Shown here in pieces: positions 1 to 12,719 of a stretch of 64,000 nucleotides of DNA. How positions within the stretch are numbered: the first letter of the stretch is position 1; the number at the start of each line of letters is the position of its first letter. The stretch lies in NCBI GenBank assembly GCA_964106915.2, contig OZ066920.1; one strand, given 5' to 3'. The position numbers and the translations under genes were made by a program. A model generated the notes under the pieces. The model made no database searches. It saw only the letters and a list, made by a program, of their open reading frames with translations, and was not told the DNA's origin. The stretch is from Podarcis gaigeae (Eukaryota).

Positions 1-83
1 GGCTTCACCATCGCAAAAAACTATCTATGCTAGATGGCTTAGTTATTGGTTATGCCAATTTCATATGTATAAACCTTCCACAG

Positions 84-232
84 ATGCAAAAATTCCATTA
101 CTTATGGACCAGAGGCCAAGGGAGGCCTTTGCAATATCCAGACTCACAGTGATTGAAGATCAGTTCGTAGAACAGAATCAGAAGCCATACTGTGAAATGG
201 GTTTGCAGACTCTGTATTATGGAACTGCCTGA
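84..232 (+). CDS. Possible last coding exon of an unidentified convergent gene ((D)AKIPLLMDQRPREAFAISRLTVIEDQFVEQNQKPYCEMGLQTLYYGTA*)
   Basis: Acceptor-like ccttccacag| at 83, an open phase-1 frame to TGA at 230-232, protein-like composition, and a downstream AATAAA at 1965-1970. No homolog recognised; it could be chance. Confidence 0.35.
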
Positions 233-1724
233 CCCTGAAGATATTCATGGAGGCCTGTGCTTCATGTACTTCCGCTACCACCAGAAGTTCTACAGGTTGG
301 CATGGTGACTGACAGGGCCTCTTCTGTGATGGCAAGGAGGCACCAAGCCCAGAGAAGCTTTTCTCGTCCTGTTGCTGCTTGTCTTTCAGTGGATCATTAA
401 TACCTCCCCCCATGGCCATGTTTAGGTGCTGCTGTTTTAGACTTTTTTTAAAAAAACCAATGTTTCTTTTTTAAAAAACAACAGATGCTGTTAGCCAACT
501 GGTATATATATATGTAGCTTAAAATATTGCAAATATAAATAATCATGGTTGGCCTAGCATGGTGTCTAAATTGACAAACTGCTTCTACACCTGGGGGCCT
601 CAGCATTTAGTGGCCAAGTAAACAAAGCAAAAACGGAAATATCTGAAGTTTAGACCTAAATTTGGTCTGTGGGCTGGATGCTCTCCACCCCATGATTAGC
701 TGATTGTACATTGAGAATCTCAGAGTTGTGGTTTTGTGTGATGTCTGACCTGAGTCTTTACCGTACTTAACCCCACAGCCCCCTCCCACTTCTTTTTAGG
801 TGCAAGCCCCCCTTCCTGTAGCACTCCTGACACCTGCAGATTGCCCAGGATGGCTCCAGCCAGTGACAAGGCGAGGAAAAATTCAGTACTGTGCATTTTG
901 GAAGCTTTTCATGTCAAGGAACTGCGGGAATAGACATGGGGCTTATGCTCACCAGAGTGTAGGGTGTGTTCCCATTTCATTTGCAAAGTCCACATCACCT
1001 TGCCCTCACACAACAGTGGGAATGCTTCCTCAAAGCCGGCAATGCCTGGTACACATCACCTAAAAGCAATTAATGCAGTTTTTGTTGTGGAAATACTGGT
1101 TTCACTCTCATGCAAATTTAATCATTTGCTTAATTGACTGACAGCACAACCCTACGTTTTGTTCAGTATTAAGTCCTATTGAATTCAGTTGAACTTACTC
1201 CAAGTTAAATGTGCATAACACTGTAAATATGCATAGGATGCAAGTAGTCATGACTATTAAGTTTCCAGTGAAATAATTTTAGACCCATTAGGCCATACTA
1301 TCTATATTTAAGCTCTGGCTGTTCTGTACCAAACTCCCCCTTCCTACCCTCTTAGGCTTCCTTGCCTCAGTATTTTGGGCTATCCTCCCTTGTGAACAAT
1401 GCACCCTGCTCCTGCAGTTTTCTTTACAGAAGCTGGCATAGGGAAGTTTAGTAGGTGACATTTTTCTCAGGACCTTATTTCCATGTCAGGAAAGACCTTG
1501 GCTGCTTAGTGTCTATGTGTGAGGCACAGGAACAGGGTAAGTCAAAGAAATGTAAGTTGACAGTCTTATTTCTTAGAAAGAAGCCCAGGCTTTGCCTAGA
1601 TGGAGCACCTTCCTTCTCCTCCCACGCAGTCCATCAAGTTTGGCAGGCTAGTTCCAAGCAACCCAGCACTCTGACCAAAAATGAAAGCTGTCCAAGAAAG
1701 GAAGTCCTGCTATAATGTTGCAGG

Positions 1725-1860
1725 ACTGGAGAGACCGGGTTCATGTCCCCACTGGGTGGACCTTGGGCCAGTCACTCTTCCCACTTAATGTACATCACAG
1801 AGTTGTTATGGGGATGTATGCCTCCTTCAACTCAGTGGCAGAAAGGCAGGATATAAGTGT
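1725..1860 (+). mobile_element. Old MIR/CORE-like SINE fragment
   Basis: ggagagaccgggttca..cccc..accttgggccagtcact..tcacagagttgtt..gaaaggcaggatataa pattern. Confidence 0.5.
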
Positions 1861-1964
1861 TCAAAACAAGCAAACATTTCTGCTGAGGTAAATTTATGCC
1901 TGCACTGTACCACCTCAGAATGTAGCTAAGGGCATTCAGGAATGCTTCTACAATGTCCGTAACA

Positions 1965-1970
1965 AATAAA
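1965..1970 (+). terminator. Candidate polyA signal of the convergent plus-strand gene
   Basis: AATAAA followed by a T/AT-rich tract; depends on the 84-232 exon call. Confidence 0.25.
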
Positions 1971-3054
1971 ACTGGCCGGTTTTATGACGAAGCTACACTA
2001 GAATCTGCATTATATATATATTTTTTAATGGAAAGTTCCCCCTTCCTTGCAATATAGAGAAGCAGTCAATCATGTGAATCTTCACCCGCCCTCTTAATTG
2101 GTACACACCAAGCACCTCCTGCCTAATTGAGGGCTAGGCCTAAGGCTCAGTGTGGTATTTCTAGAGGGGCCTTCATTTCCTTTTCTGTCATCTTTCTTGC
2201 ACTCAGAAGTGCATCCCTTCCATCCCTGTTTGTTGGAGTGAGATTGGTTTAGTCACATGGTCTATCCCTATTCTCTCCTTGGGCAAGGTGTTTGTGTTCT
2301 GTGTAGCCCCATGAATACCACAAGGAGGTTCTAAAGAGAATCAATATGGTGGCACTAATTGGAAAAGCACCCAAGACAGGAAATAAAGAAAGCCGGGTTG
2401 TAGAGCCTGCAACAAATCCCTTCACAGGGACTAGGGAAGTTCCCTATTTCCCAAGGGGCTGGGTTCTTGTGCCATTCTCTTTTCCCCTTGCCCTTACCAC
2501 TGGGGTGGCATCATGCCAGTCATCCCTAGTGGGCATATGACACATCTCTCTGCATTATTTACACCTGCTTTACATTGTCTATGAATTGTTTACCACAGGC
2601 TTAAGCCTGGCTTTCTTGTTTTCTGTGGAAACAGATCAAGATCACTGATAGCTGGGGGAGACAGTGCTGCAGGTGTGCCCTATTATTTATCTATTATTCA
2701 GAGCACAAATGCAAAAGAGCCAGATGGTCCAGTCAGAATGGGTTCCACTCCCAATGGCTAATGTATAGGTTAAACCAGGTGCCCATTGCTCTCTCCCTCC
2801 CAGAGGCAAGTTCTCATCTGTTAGCAGCAGCAGCAGCAGTTTCTTGATAAAGAAAATAGGTTTCCATGTTTGAAAGATTCGGAACACTGCAAAAGCCAGC
2901 AAAACCTGTCTCCCAGAGGCACTGCTGGAGAGAAGCCTGGCATTGTTGCCTCTGCCACATTGCCTTCAATACTTTGGGGTGGGGTTTCCAGTCTAGCACT
3001 CCCATAATCTTGCTCTCCCCTCCTTTTTGTCCTTCAGAAGCAATCACAACAAAC

Positions 3055-5712
3055 ACATCAGCAGAAAAGATTTTATTATTTTCCCCAAAGAAAAAAGAGC
3101 AATATAAATATTAGAGTATAAAACTTGCGTGTAACACATTGACGTCAGTCTATATGGATATAAGAAGGATATAAGCATATATATAATATATAAGTATAGT
3201 TCAATATTAGACACATTGAAAGGACAGTAAGTGTGTTTCAATTCACATACATTTAAAAGCACAAAGAGCACACGTAAAGAAGATACAAAGGAATAAAAAA
3301 AAATACTGATGTCCACAACTCAATTACTAAGATTAAAAAAGAAGAAAGAAACCTACACATCACTAGGTTTTCAGCACTACTACACTACTTTCAGCTTATT
3401 GATTAAAAGGAAAAAGAGAATGACTAAGATTAATCTACAGTACTTTGAGAAGAGTCACATAATAACTACTTCAGTACATAATAAGCCCCAGGCCCAATCC
3501 TGTGGGGAAGCTCACCTGCATCAGCCCCGTTAAGATGGAGAGAAGCTGCAGGACAGAATGCCATGCGCTTGTGCGGCTTCTGGTGATTCCAGCCGAGCTT
3601 GTGCAGGAGAACTTCCCTATGGATTGTGCTCTGTTTTAACTAACTATGTAAACTTTCTAGTGCAGTCACCAAACACAAGGGGTGGGTGGGTGACTGGGAT
3701 CAGTACAAAAATCATACGTCGACCGAAGTTTCTTCCCACAGACAAATCCCGCTTTCTAGACACACAGGAGGCAGCAGATACGCTCTAGCAGTGCAATACT
3801 ACACAGCCAATGAGATTGGTCCGCAATGTTTTGAAAAGTCGTCAGATGTTTAACCTGAGGTGATCATAGAAGGCCAGACCATCTCAGACAAGCTCCTTAT
3901 CAAAGATTTAAGAAAGAGTAATATGTTTCTGGCCTAGTGATTAGCCCTCCATGTTGGAAATATGCTGCTTCTCTGCCCTCGGCTGGTCAGTGCCTCTATA
4001 GAAAGGCAACCTGAGTTTGCCAGCAGCAGGCCGAAGCTCCCTGCTAGTCTGTGCTGCGCTTGAGCGAGGAAAGAGATGAGAACACAAGCCGATAAAATGC
4101 ACAGGGAGCAGGAATCACTTCCTCTCCATACTAGGCTATGAAACAATGTGGCTAAAAACCCTAAAACAAGTCATTTCGAAACACAGCAAAGGGATTTTTG
4201 ATTATTCACTTTAAATCCAGTGGATTTATATCCAAGTGGGGGTGATAGCAGAGGTCCCAAGGACCTTCAGTGCACCAATGGTTACTCACTTCTCTAACGT
4301 TCAGAACTTGGCCTTGGGGGCTTGGTATCAGAAATCCCTGCCCAGCTCCAGCTCCGGCATCCCTGATCTGTCCCTGGCCCCTTGCGTCCTCAGACCAACT
4401 GTTGTTCGCACGTGAAGAAGGCCAGCAAACCAAGGGCCTTCCTTGGCTGTGCTGCCTAGGCGTGTGGAAACTTTCCTACTGCTCTGATCCAGGGCAATGC
4501 ATCTTGTTACTGAACTCTACTCACAGACAGACAATGCTCAGGTTCCACCAGGATGTGGGCACTTCACAGCATATTTACATCATGCTGTATATGGCATGCA
4601 ATGACTTCTCTATTCTAGGTTGGGAGGCGGCAGCTGGCCTACCGTAGATGTGAAGTGAATGTTTTGCATGCAGCTCGATGTGCAGAAAATATGAAGCATT
4701 CCATTTTTGTTTTAATTCTCTACCTACAAGGCCACCAGAGCCCATTCACTGACAGAAGGCGTCTGCCTGTGGAACTAACAGAGCTATTTCAGTGCTTAAA
4801 GGAGGAGCGGCAGCTCACTATACTCACAAGCGATTGACTTTGACTTCCTTAAACTTATTCCAGAAAACAATTACTGTACACATAAATATTTATGGATCAA
4901 AGTGTGGATGAGATGTGTTGTCTCTTCAGAGGCCACTGTAAATCAATCAACACAGGCAAAATTCTCCATCTTCCTACTATGTGAGGCATTCTCTGCCTCT
5001 GGGAGGTTTGCCATAGCAATGTGTTTGTGCGCCTTGCCTCTTAGGTATAACCATTTCAGTTTTATTTTTTCAACCATCATTGGTTAACTTTTAAAAATGC
5101 TGTTGAAACTCATTCCCTTCTAATAATGCAGGATGGACACTGTTTTAAAATAAAAAAGCAGAAACTGAAGCATCCCCTCATCAATTTCATAACAAGGATT
5201 CCAACTGAGATATTTTTGTGGGGACAGAAAGCATTCATCAAAATTTGGGGGACGTGAGAATGTTCTTTAAATGGAAAAATGTATAAATCAAAACCCCTGT
5301 TTAGAAGAATTATTTACAATGGACAGGGCCCACCCTAAGCCTTGTATGTTGTGCAGATCCCTCTGGAGCAAAGCAATGGGAGAGAAAAATATTCCAAAGA
5401 TCTGACACCCTTGCATATTACATCATCTGCATGAGAGTATAAGCTATAATTCATCACTATCCACAGGGCTTTTTTTTTTGTTTTGTTTTGTTTCCAGATA
5501 CTTTTACATCAGGAGGACTAACAAACAGTAGGAGACTTTCTCCTAGCTCTGATGACAGCAATGTACATTCGCCATGTTCCACACTTTTTTATTTTTAAAA
5601 AATGGTTAACCACAAATTCACATTCATCCTCCATCCTAGGCTATGAATTGGGGGAATGCTGGAAGAGTCTGCCCTCTAGATCTAAGGTGGCAGCGATGTC
5701 ATCCTGCGAATC
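3055..5712 (-). other. Probable shared 3' UTR of Pcdh-gamma transcripts (~2.65 kb)
   Basis: Follows the stop codon, lacks recognisable transposons, is AU-rich distally, and ends at AATAAA (3077-3072) followed by a GU-rich tract. The 3' end is approximate. Confidence 0.6.
3072..3077 (-). terminator. Polyadenylation signal AATAAA (distal) for Pcdh-gamma
   Basis: Minus strand aataataaaatcttttctgctgatgtgtttgttgtgattg: canonical hexamer plus a downstream GU/U-rich element. Confidence 0.65.
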
Positions 5713-5972
5713 TTACTTCTTCTCCTTCTTCCCTGACTTCTTCTTGTTTCCACCTCCGGAGGCTGCAGGTTTCCCATCCCGCTTGGCTGCAGAGTTGGAG
5801 AGAGTGGCTGTGCTGCCAGGGATGTACACGTTCTGTCTGTAGTCAGGGACGTGCTGCAGGGTGAACTGGGGGCCATACCTGGTGCTGAGGCCCATTGTGC
5901 CTGCTGCTGCTGTTGCTCCTCCTCCCAGAGTAGAATTTCCATCAGGATTTGCAGCGGCGGCGGCAGCGGCTT
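5713..5972 (-). CDS. PCDHG: Protocadherin gamma constant exon 3, coding part ([19 protein letters not shown]...[28 protein letters not shown]...[10 protein letters not shown])
   Basis: Acceptor gtggtgtag|AAGCC at 5972. Hallmark [19 protein letters not shown] and Lys-rich C-terminus. 59+89+260 nt = 136 codons including TAA. Confidence 0.97.
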
Positions 5973-8900
5973 CTACACCACCACAGGGAGGGGGATTGAG
6001 AGAAGGAGATTGGAAGGGGGAGAAAAGTCAGAAGGGCGAATTCTTAGCATAGTCGTTGCTAGATGTCAATGTATAATTTTAGGGTCTTGACTACACATCA
6101 TCTAGGGAAGATGCACTCAGCCCACCTCCCCACCCCCAGAATTCTTATGAACAGCAAGCTCTTTGGCATGTGCACAGGGCTTGGGAGTGATAAGGCAGAG
6201 AGCTCTGGTTTGAAGAAGTGGCATCCTGCAGCCCGGCAAAAATAAATCCCTGCTTTTCCCTGAAGCCCAAAGGATCCGAGTGGAGAGGAAGGGAAAACTC
6301 TAGGCAAGAACAAATAGAGGCTTGCTAGCACACTCAGAGCTCTTAGGAGCAATCTTACTATGCCCTTGTTGCATGCCTGGGATGCTTGGCAAAAAGGTGG
6401 GTGTTGAACCCTCATCCCAAAAAGGCTGTGTGCTTTTTGCAGGGAGCCTCGTGGCCAGGGAGCCACATGGGTGCTGTGTTGTGTGTCTTCTGTGACCTCT
6501 CATTTGTATGCCTTGCATTGTAATCGGCTGTGTTACTGCAGCAGTGGTGTGTGTGTGCAGGCGTGTGGGTTAGGGGTGTGTCCCTGTAATTTTTGCACTA
6601 TAGACTTAAGTTTTCCATTTTTTAACAGTTGGCTTTAATGAGAGATAAACACTCCTTTTACAGTAAACAATGACATATTTGTATTTTATAAAATACAAAT
6701 GCTTCTACTTATTTTAGATTCACTGAAGATGAGCCATCTGTGGCCTGAAACTCAGCTTTTGTTGATGATGAATACATTTGCCTGTATACCCTTCTATGGA
6801 CTTCTTTGTGCCATGCTTATTTCTGGAGTTTCCTTTTCATTTGACTTCCCAAAATACGAAGAATCTATGAAAATACTGAATGTGTAGCAACAATAGAGCA
6901 AGGAGGAACAGGAAGAGGTATAAAATTGTGCCAATGGACTTAACTATTTTGATTTTGGCTAGAGGAGAGACATTCTGTCCAGGAGTTAGCAGTTATGCAT
7001 GGGTTTTTAATAAAAGGGTTTAAAATAGTTCTTTGTGTTTTTAACATGTTGTTAAACATGTTGTGTTTTTAAAACGGGAAAGGACAATCTGTCTTCTCCG
7101 CTGCCTTATCTCTTCTTAGTGACCTACCAACCCACTTCTGTGCTGTAATTTGACTGAGGAACTCGAATGAGAAAAGACCGTCCAATTGAGCTGCCCTGGT
7201 AAAGCTTTTCTGCCCTCTGGCATGAGATGGGCTTTGATTATAATGCACAGCAGGCTCCTCAAATAAAAAATAGCAGCCGGGTGCCAGAATAACATCCAAG
7301 TCCATGGAATGGCAGACTCTAGTTTTGTATGATCTTTGGTTAATTTATTTATTAAGTCAAACGTCAGTTGCCCCACACAGAAGATTAAATTTATAAAGAA
7401 AGAGAGCACATATACCTTAACTGTTAAAAAATACTGAGTGATCAGTCTGTGTCAATCGCATGATTGAACCCCTCTATGCCCTCTTGCTAAAGAATGTGAG
7501 AAGTGCTTTCCTGTATCAAGACCCCAGAGCCTAGCCTTGCTCTAGCTCTAGCTCTGAGGTGGGCAGAAGGTATGTCAAGATCTACTGGCAGACCTCTGGG
7601 TTATTTGCAGTAGATTGTCTGGGGAGGGTTCCTGACTCCCAATTGTTTAACAAGCAGCTGTTGTTTTCGCTCTCAATTTGGCTGCGAAGGGGAAGAATGT
7701 TTAGGCAGAGTGCAGGACCCAGAGTAGATTTTTCTGTGACAGAACTGTGAGCTCAGTTCTGGTACAGAAAAAAATAATAATAGTCCTGAGATGACCATGC
7801 TAAGAGAGGCTCTATTTCTTAATTATATGTAGCTCCTTTCCGTAAACCCCTTTTGCGCCTGGCTTCAGTTGGTGGATCTTGGGTACGGATGGAGTCTTGA
7901 TTTTCAATATGCACAGGTCCCCCCCACAAAAAAACTTGTTTCCCTCCTTAATCTCAATGGGAAACCAGCTTCCCCCACAGTTCTGCTTAAAAATATTAGC
8001 AATTATTGTATCTTATATGCATATTATGCACATATACACTCCAGCTTTCTAATAAGCTGCATTTGGCCTCAACATTATGCTTCACAAGTGTTCCAACAAA
8101 AATAAATGCCCCTAAAAATATGCAAACTTTTTCAGAAAGGTGCTGAGAATCAATCACCACAATAAACTTTTATGGGGCACCTTGAAAACTTAACTTTCTT
8201 TTGTTTTCTTGTTTGCAGAGCCTTAGCTTCTCGTTCTGGTTTTTATGCTGACTGCTTTCTATACTCCTACAGTTGCAGATCTTTTTTCATACAACAGTTT
8301 GATTTGAAGGGAAAGCACCTGTGAGAGGCTAAAATCTTGAGAGGACCACAGGCAGGGTCCCAAGGGGAAAGGGGCTGCCTAATCCTTTACTCAAGCTGCC
8401 TCTCCTCCTCCTGTGGCTCCCTGTGGGGAGAAACAGCCTGAGAAGATGTGGAACAGATGACTAGGGAAGCGATTCAGAGCAGATGAAAGGGTTAAAGTCT
8501 TCCTCCTCCTCCTCCTCCTCCTCCCCCCAGGTAGACTCTGATTTATTTCATGCTCACATTCACCTGAATTTTTGTGTCTCACCTCTTATGGCCAACAGGA
8601 GGCTAGGAAAGCAAATCTTAGAACAGGCAAAAATAAATGAGCTCGTGTCTCTGCTTGTTTCTGAAACAGAACCTGCCCAGAGAGCTCAAGGGCTTATCAC
8701 TGGCGCTATGGACACTTATGTCTGTTGTCTGAGCTTTGACCACCACAAATGCTCGGACCTTTATTTAACAGCAGACAGTTCAGTTCAGGGAGACCTGCTG
8801 GGGCCTGCAGACAGGTGGTGTCTAAAAATCCATGCAGCAACATTCCACCAGGCAGTTTCCTTTTATCACAGAATGCAATTCTCCTATGTGCACAGAAGCC

Positions 8901-9217
8901 AGGTTCCCTCCCATCTGCCCCCATGCAATCTTAGCTCATCTGCTTACATCCTCTTAAAGTTCTTTTTTTCTCTTTAACCAGACAAATAAATAATCTATCT
9001 CTAAAATATCTACTCAGGATGTAAAAATTAGGCCCTTTGGAATTTCTAACTTTCTACGGTGCTTTAATTCTAATCTGTGCTGTACTTCCCTATCTGCCTG
9101 CCTTAGGATATTGGCCCAGAGGGTTTCTCTTTGATGCTTCAAAAGAACTCGTTTTTAAAACTAATTGAAGAGATTCCTAAGCTCTTCAGAACCTTTGCAA
9201 ATAATAGTTTCTCGCAG

Positions 9218-9218
<1 letters not shown>

Positions 9219-9264
<46 letters not shown>
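9219..9264. repeat. (CT)n microsatellite
   Basis: Directly visible. Confidence 0.95.
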
Positions 9265-9267
<3 letters not shown>

Positions 9268-10499
9268 AACCATGCTAATGGATGAGGATGGGACTTACTA
9301 AAAAGAGAAACATGGATTGACCATTCCATTGTGCTTCATTAAACATGCAATCTATGAATGACCTCTGAATATGGCTAATGATGGATGTCACCCCAGTCTC
9401 TGTAGTTAAGCACAGTTTTTCCAAGTGACTATAGAAAGTGTTTAGAACAAGGCTTCTCACACTTTTTGTGCCCAGGACCCCCTTGAGATGGCTGAAAATT
9501 ACTGAGGCCCACCAGTCACAAAATGACAGTACAGGCAGAGCCAGTCACAATGTGGTGGCAGATGAAGGCAAAGATTGATATTTTCTACTGATATCTTATC
9601 CATCTTTGGAAACTGCTAGATTCTTTACCAAAGCCCTTTCCTTGTGGCAAGATGCTTCAAAACTCAGCTCTACTCAGGCTAAGGACTGACACTGGAGGTA
9701 TTATGACTCAACCTCCCCATTTTAGGTAGAATTTGCTGATCCAGAGGATCTAGGTGGAGAAGGCTTTGCTTTTATATATTTTCCTTCCCACCCATCTCCT
9801 CTAATTTCATCTCCCATTCTCCTTTCACAGACAACTTGCAACTTAACTCTCCCCTCTTCCCTTGCCAGTTTCTTTCCTTTTTCCTCCTTTCTATTCCCAG
9901 TTACCGTATCTTGCTTTCTCATTTCATTCAACGCCTCCCCTGGCCTTTTCCCTTCAGAGGAAGGAAACCTTCCTCCTCTCCTCCCTGCTCCCCCTCTCCA
10001 ATTTCTTGTCTCCTGGTCACCTTTACTCAGCACGAATGGAGCTGCTGGTCCAGCCCAGAGGCTGTGGCATGGCTAGGGGCCAGGGCAGACTGTGGCAATG
10101 AGGCCCCCCAAAAGTGGCCCAAGGGCCACTGTGTGACAAACACTGGCTTAGAAGATGATGGGATCCTGCACAACGCTTGTAAGGAAAGGGTGATAGCCAA
10201 CATTAGTCATTCTCAGATCAGACTCAGTGAAATCAGTGGATTAACTAGGTCTATTGATTTTAATGGATCTACCCTGTCTTAGCTGGATATCATCCATAGT
10301 ACATTAGTTTTCTTAGGATAAACTAAAATGCTACTTTTGAGTGTAGGGAATGTTTAGATTAGTCTCCGTTGGGTGCAAAACAGATTTCAGGTTGCACCAA
10401 CAGCTACTGGGACAATAAAACAACCACAGCTGCCCCCCCCCCCATATTTTGTAAATATAAAATGTAGCAGCCACTTCATATTTTTGTATTTTTAAAATA

Positions 10500-10733
10500 C
10501 AGTGGTACCTCGGGTTACGTACGCTTCAGGTTATATACACTTCAGGTTACAGACTCTGCTAACCCAGAAATTGTACCTCGGGTTAAGAACTTTGCTTCAG
10601 GATGAGAACAGAAATTGCGCAGCGGCAGCAGCAGGAGGCCCCATTAGGTAAAGTGGTGCTTCAGGTTAAGAACAGTTTCAGGTTAAGAACAGACCTCCGG
10701 AACAAATTAAGTACTTAACCCGAGGTACCACTG
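10500..10733. mobile_element. Tc1/mariner (Tigger/pogo-type) MITE
   Basis: TIRs CAGTGGTACCTCGGGTTA ... TAACCCGAGGTACCACTG flanked by TA. Confidence 0.88.
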
Positions 10734-12719
10734 TATGGGGGAAACAACCATTATTGTATATTTGTTTTTTGAATGCTCCCCTGCCAAAACCTCCCTGCAC
10801 ATAGATAGGTAGCTCACAGCACCGTCACATTTTTTTGAAGGATAAGGTGAAAATAAAAAAATGATCTGCGTTTGTAGCTGAGTCAAATATAAACAGCTGC
10901 ATTTTAATCAGCATTGTCAATATTTCAATGCAGTTTTATTTGAAACTAATAGATTAACCCCATAGCCTTAAAAGATAAAAATACAGACACTATTCTCACA
11001 CGATGGACTGAATGGCTGTTCACATTCACTATTCAGTACGTTGGGCTAAAACTGCGCAACAAAAATAGCTTTCCTTTGAAAGAAACAAATTCCAACATTA
11101 CAGACTGTTTTATTAGACAAATGCATCTGCTTGTAGTTACTGCAGAATAGCTGCAACTCAAATACATTTGGAAGCATTTGTATAGTCATCAGTCGCTTGG
11201 CAGAGATGTGATCTCCAGAGCCTTTGGTGGGGGGAGCTAAAGCGAGCAGCAAATCCAGTGAATGTATAGACACAGTAACCTATTTTTTAAAAGCCACGCT
11301 CCCTGGACTACAAACTCAGGACAGTGATTTAGGGCTCATCCAGGCTTTCTTTTGTCTTGCACTTTCCAGGCATATGTCCGCACTCTAATGCTCCATAGCC
11401 AAGCAGTGTTTTGTTTTGTTTTTTGTCCTGGCGCTTTCCCTGGGGAAAACCCACATTTTACCACTGAATCAGAGCAAATGTCAATCCATAGAAACTTTGA
11501 TTGCCTTTTGCTCTGATTCAGCGGTGAAGAGCAGGTTTCCTTGGGGTAAGCACCAGGACCCAAAACAAAACAAAACTGCTTGGGCACAGAGCTTTGAAGC
11601 CCAGACCTGTGCCTAGAAGCACAGCACCAAATAAAGTCTGGATGAACCCTGACTGTGCAGAGGGACTTGGCAAACAGGGCCTGTTGGAGCAGACGTTAAC
11701 CACTATCCGTGTTGATTTGCAGAGGCTACAGCTAAGACAAGAGGTGAATGCTTAATAAACCCCTCCCACCTCCATTTGGCAAAAATAATGGGGGAAATCT
11801 GCTTAAATGGACATTAGAAAGCACTGACGTGAACAGCATGATTGCTTGAATGCATCTCGCTTGCTTGTGTGCTTTGCTGAACTAAGCCCATTATGTGGCT
11901 TGGGAGAGAGGTTCCGCAAATAGCAGGCAACGAAATCTCTTAAATGTGTGTGCTGCACAGGCAGCTAGATCCTGCCTTTCCCCCCAGGAACTGCTACAGC
12001 TTCTCTGTTTCCCTTTCTACCAGATCCCCTTTGTAGATCCAGAGTGGGCTCCCTCTGGTACAAAACAGGTGGCCCTTCTGGGAGCTCTGTCCAGCCTTGC
12101 TAGGGGGTTCCCCATTTGGTCCCAGCAAAGCACTGGTCCTGCTCTTTGCCTCCTGACATGCAGCTCCTTTACCTCCATCCTCTCTAAGGTGGCAAAGGAA
12201 GAGAGGCTTTGGCAGTGTTCTTTCCTTACACAACTTACTCCTCTTTGTCTGTGTCTGGACTTGCCCACAGAGCAAGCAGCTGCTAGATCACTTCCTCCTG
12301 GCTGGTCTCACTGGGTGGGACGGAGCTAAAGAGACCTTTGGGTGCCTTGGCTTCCGTGGAAGTTGGCTCTATGGGCAGAGGCAATGCTGCTGGCCCTATG
12401 ATCATGGGGAAAGTGGATTAACAGCTAAATAATGCTCCGTGTGGACAAGCCACTTGGAGATGTCAGCTCAGCAAGGATAAATGTGATGATTAGCTAGCCG
12501 TATTTACCCCCAGGCAAGATATCACATCTAAAACTTGCAAGCATGCTGCAATTCTGCACATTTCCTTGACAGTAAGTCCCACTGAGGTCAGCCTCTGAAT
12601 AACCTGATCCAGAAAACACATTGTCTTCAGAAGTATTAGTTTTATATGCATTTTGCAATTTTAACTACGTAATTAAATAAGCAATTGTCAGGGATTTCAA
12701 CATTCAGATAACAGCCAGT

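Noticed and set aside
7080-7440. Unique intronic blocks that look like conserved non-coding elements (also ~20240-20460)
   Set aside because: Impression only; cannot be supported without an alignment.
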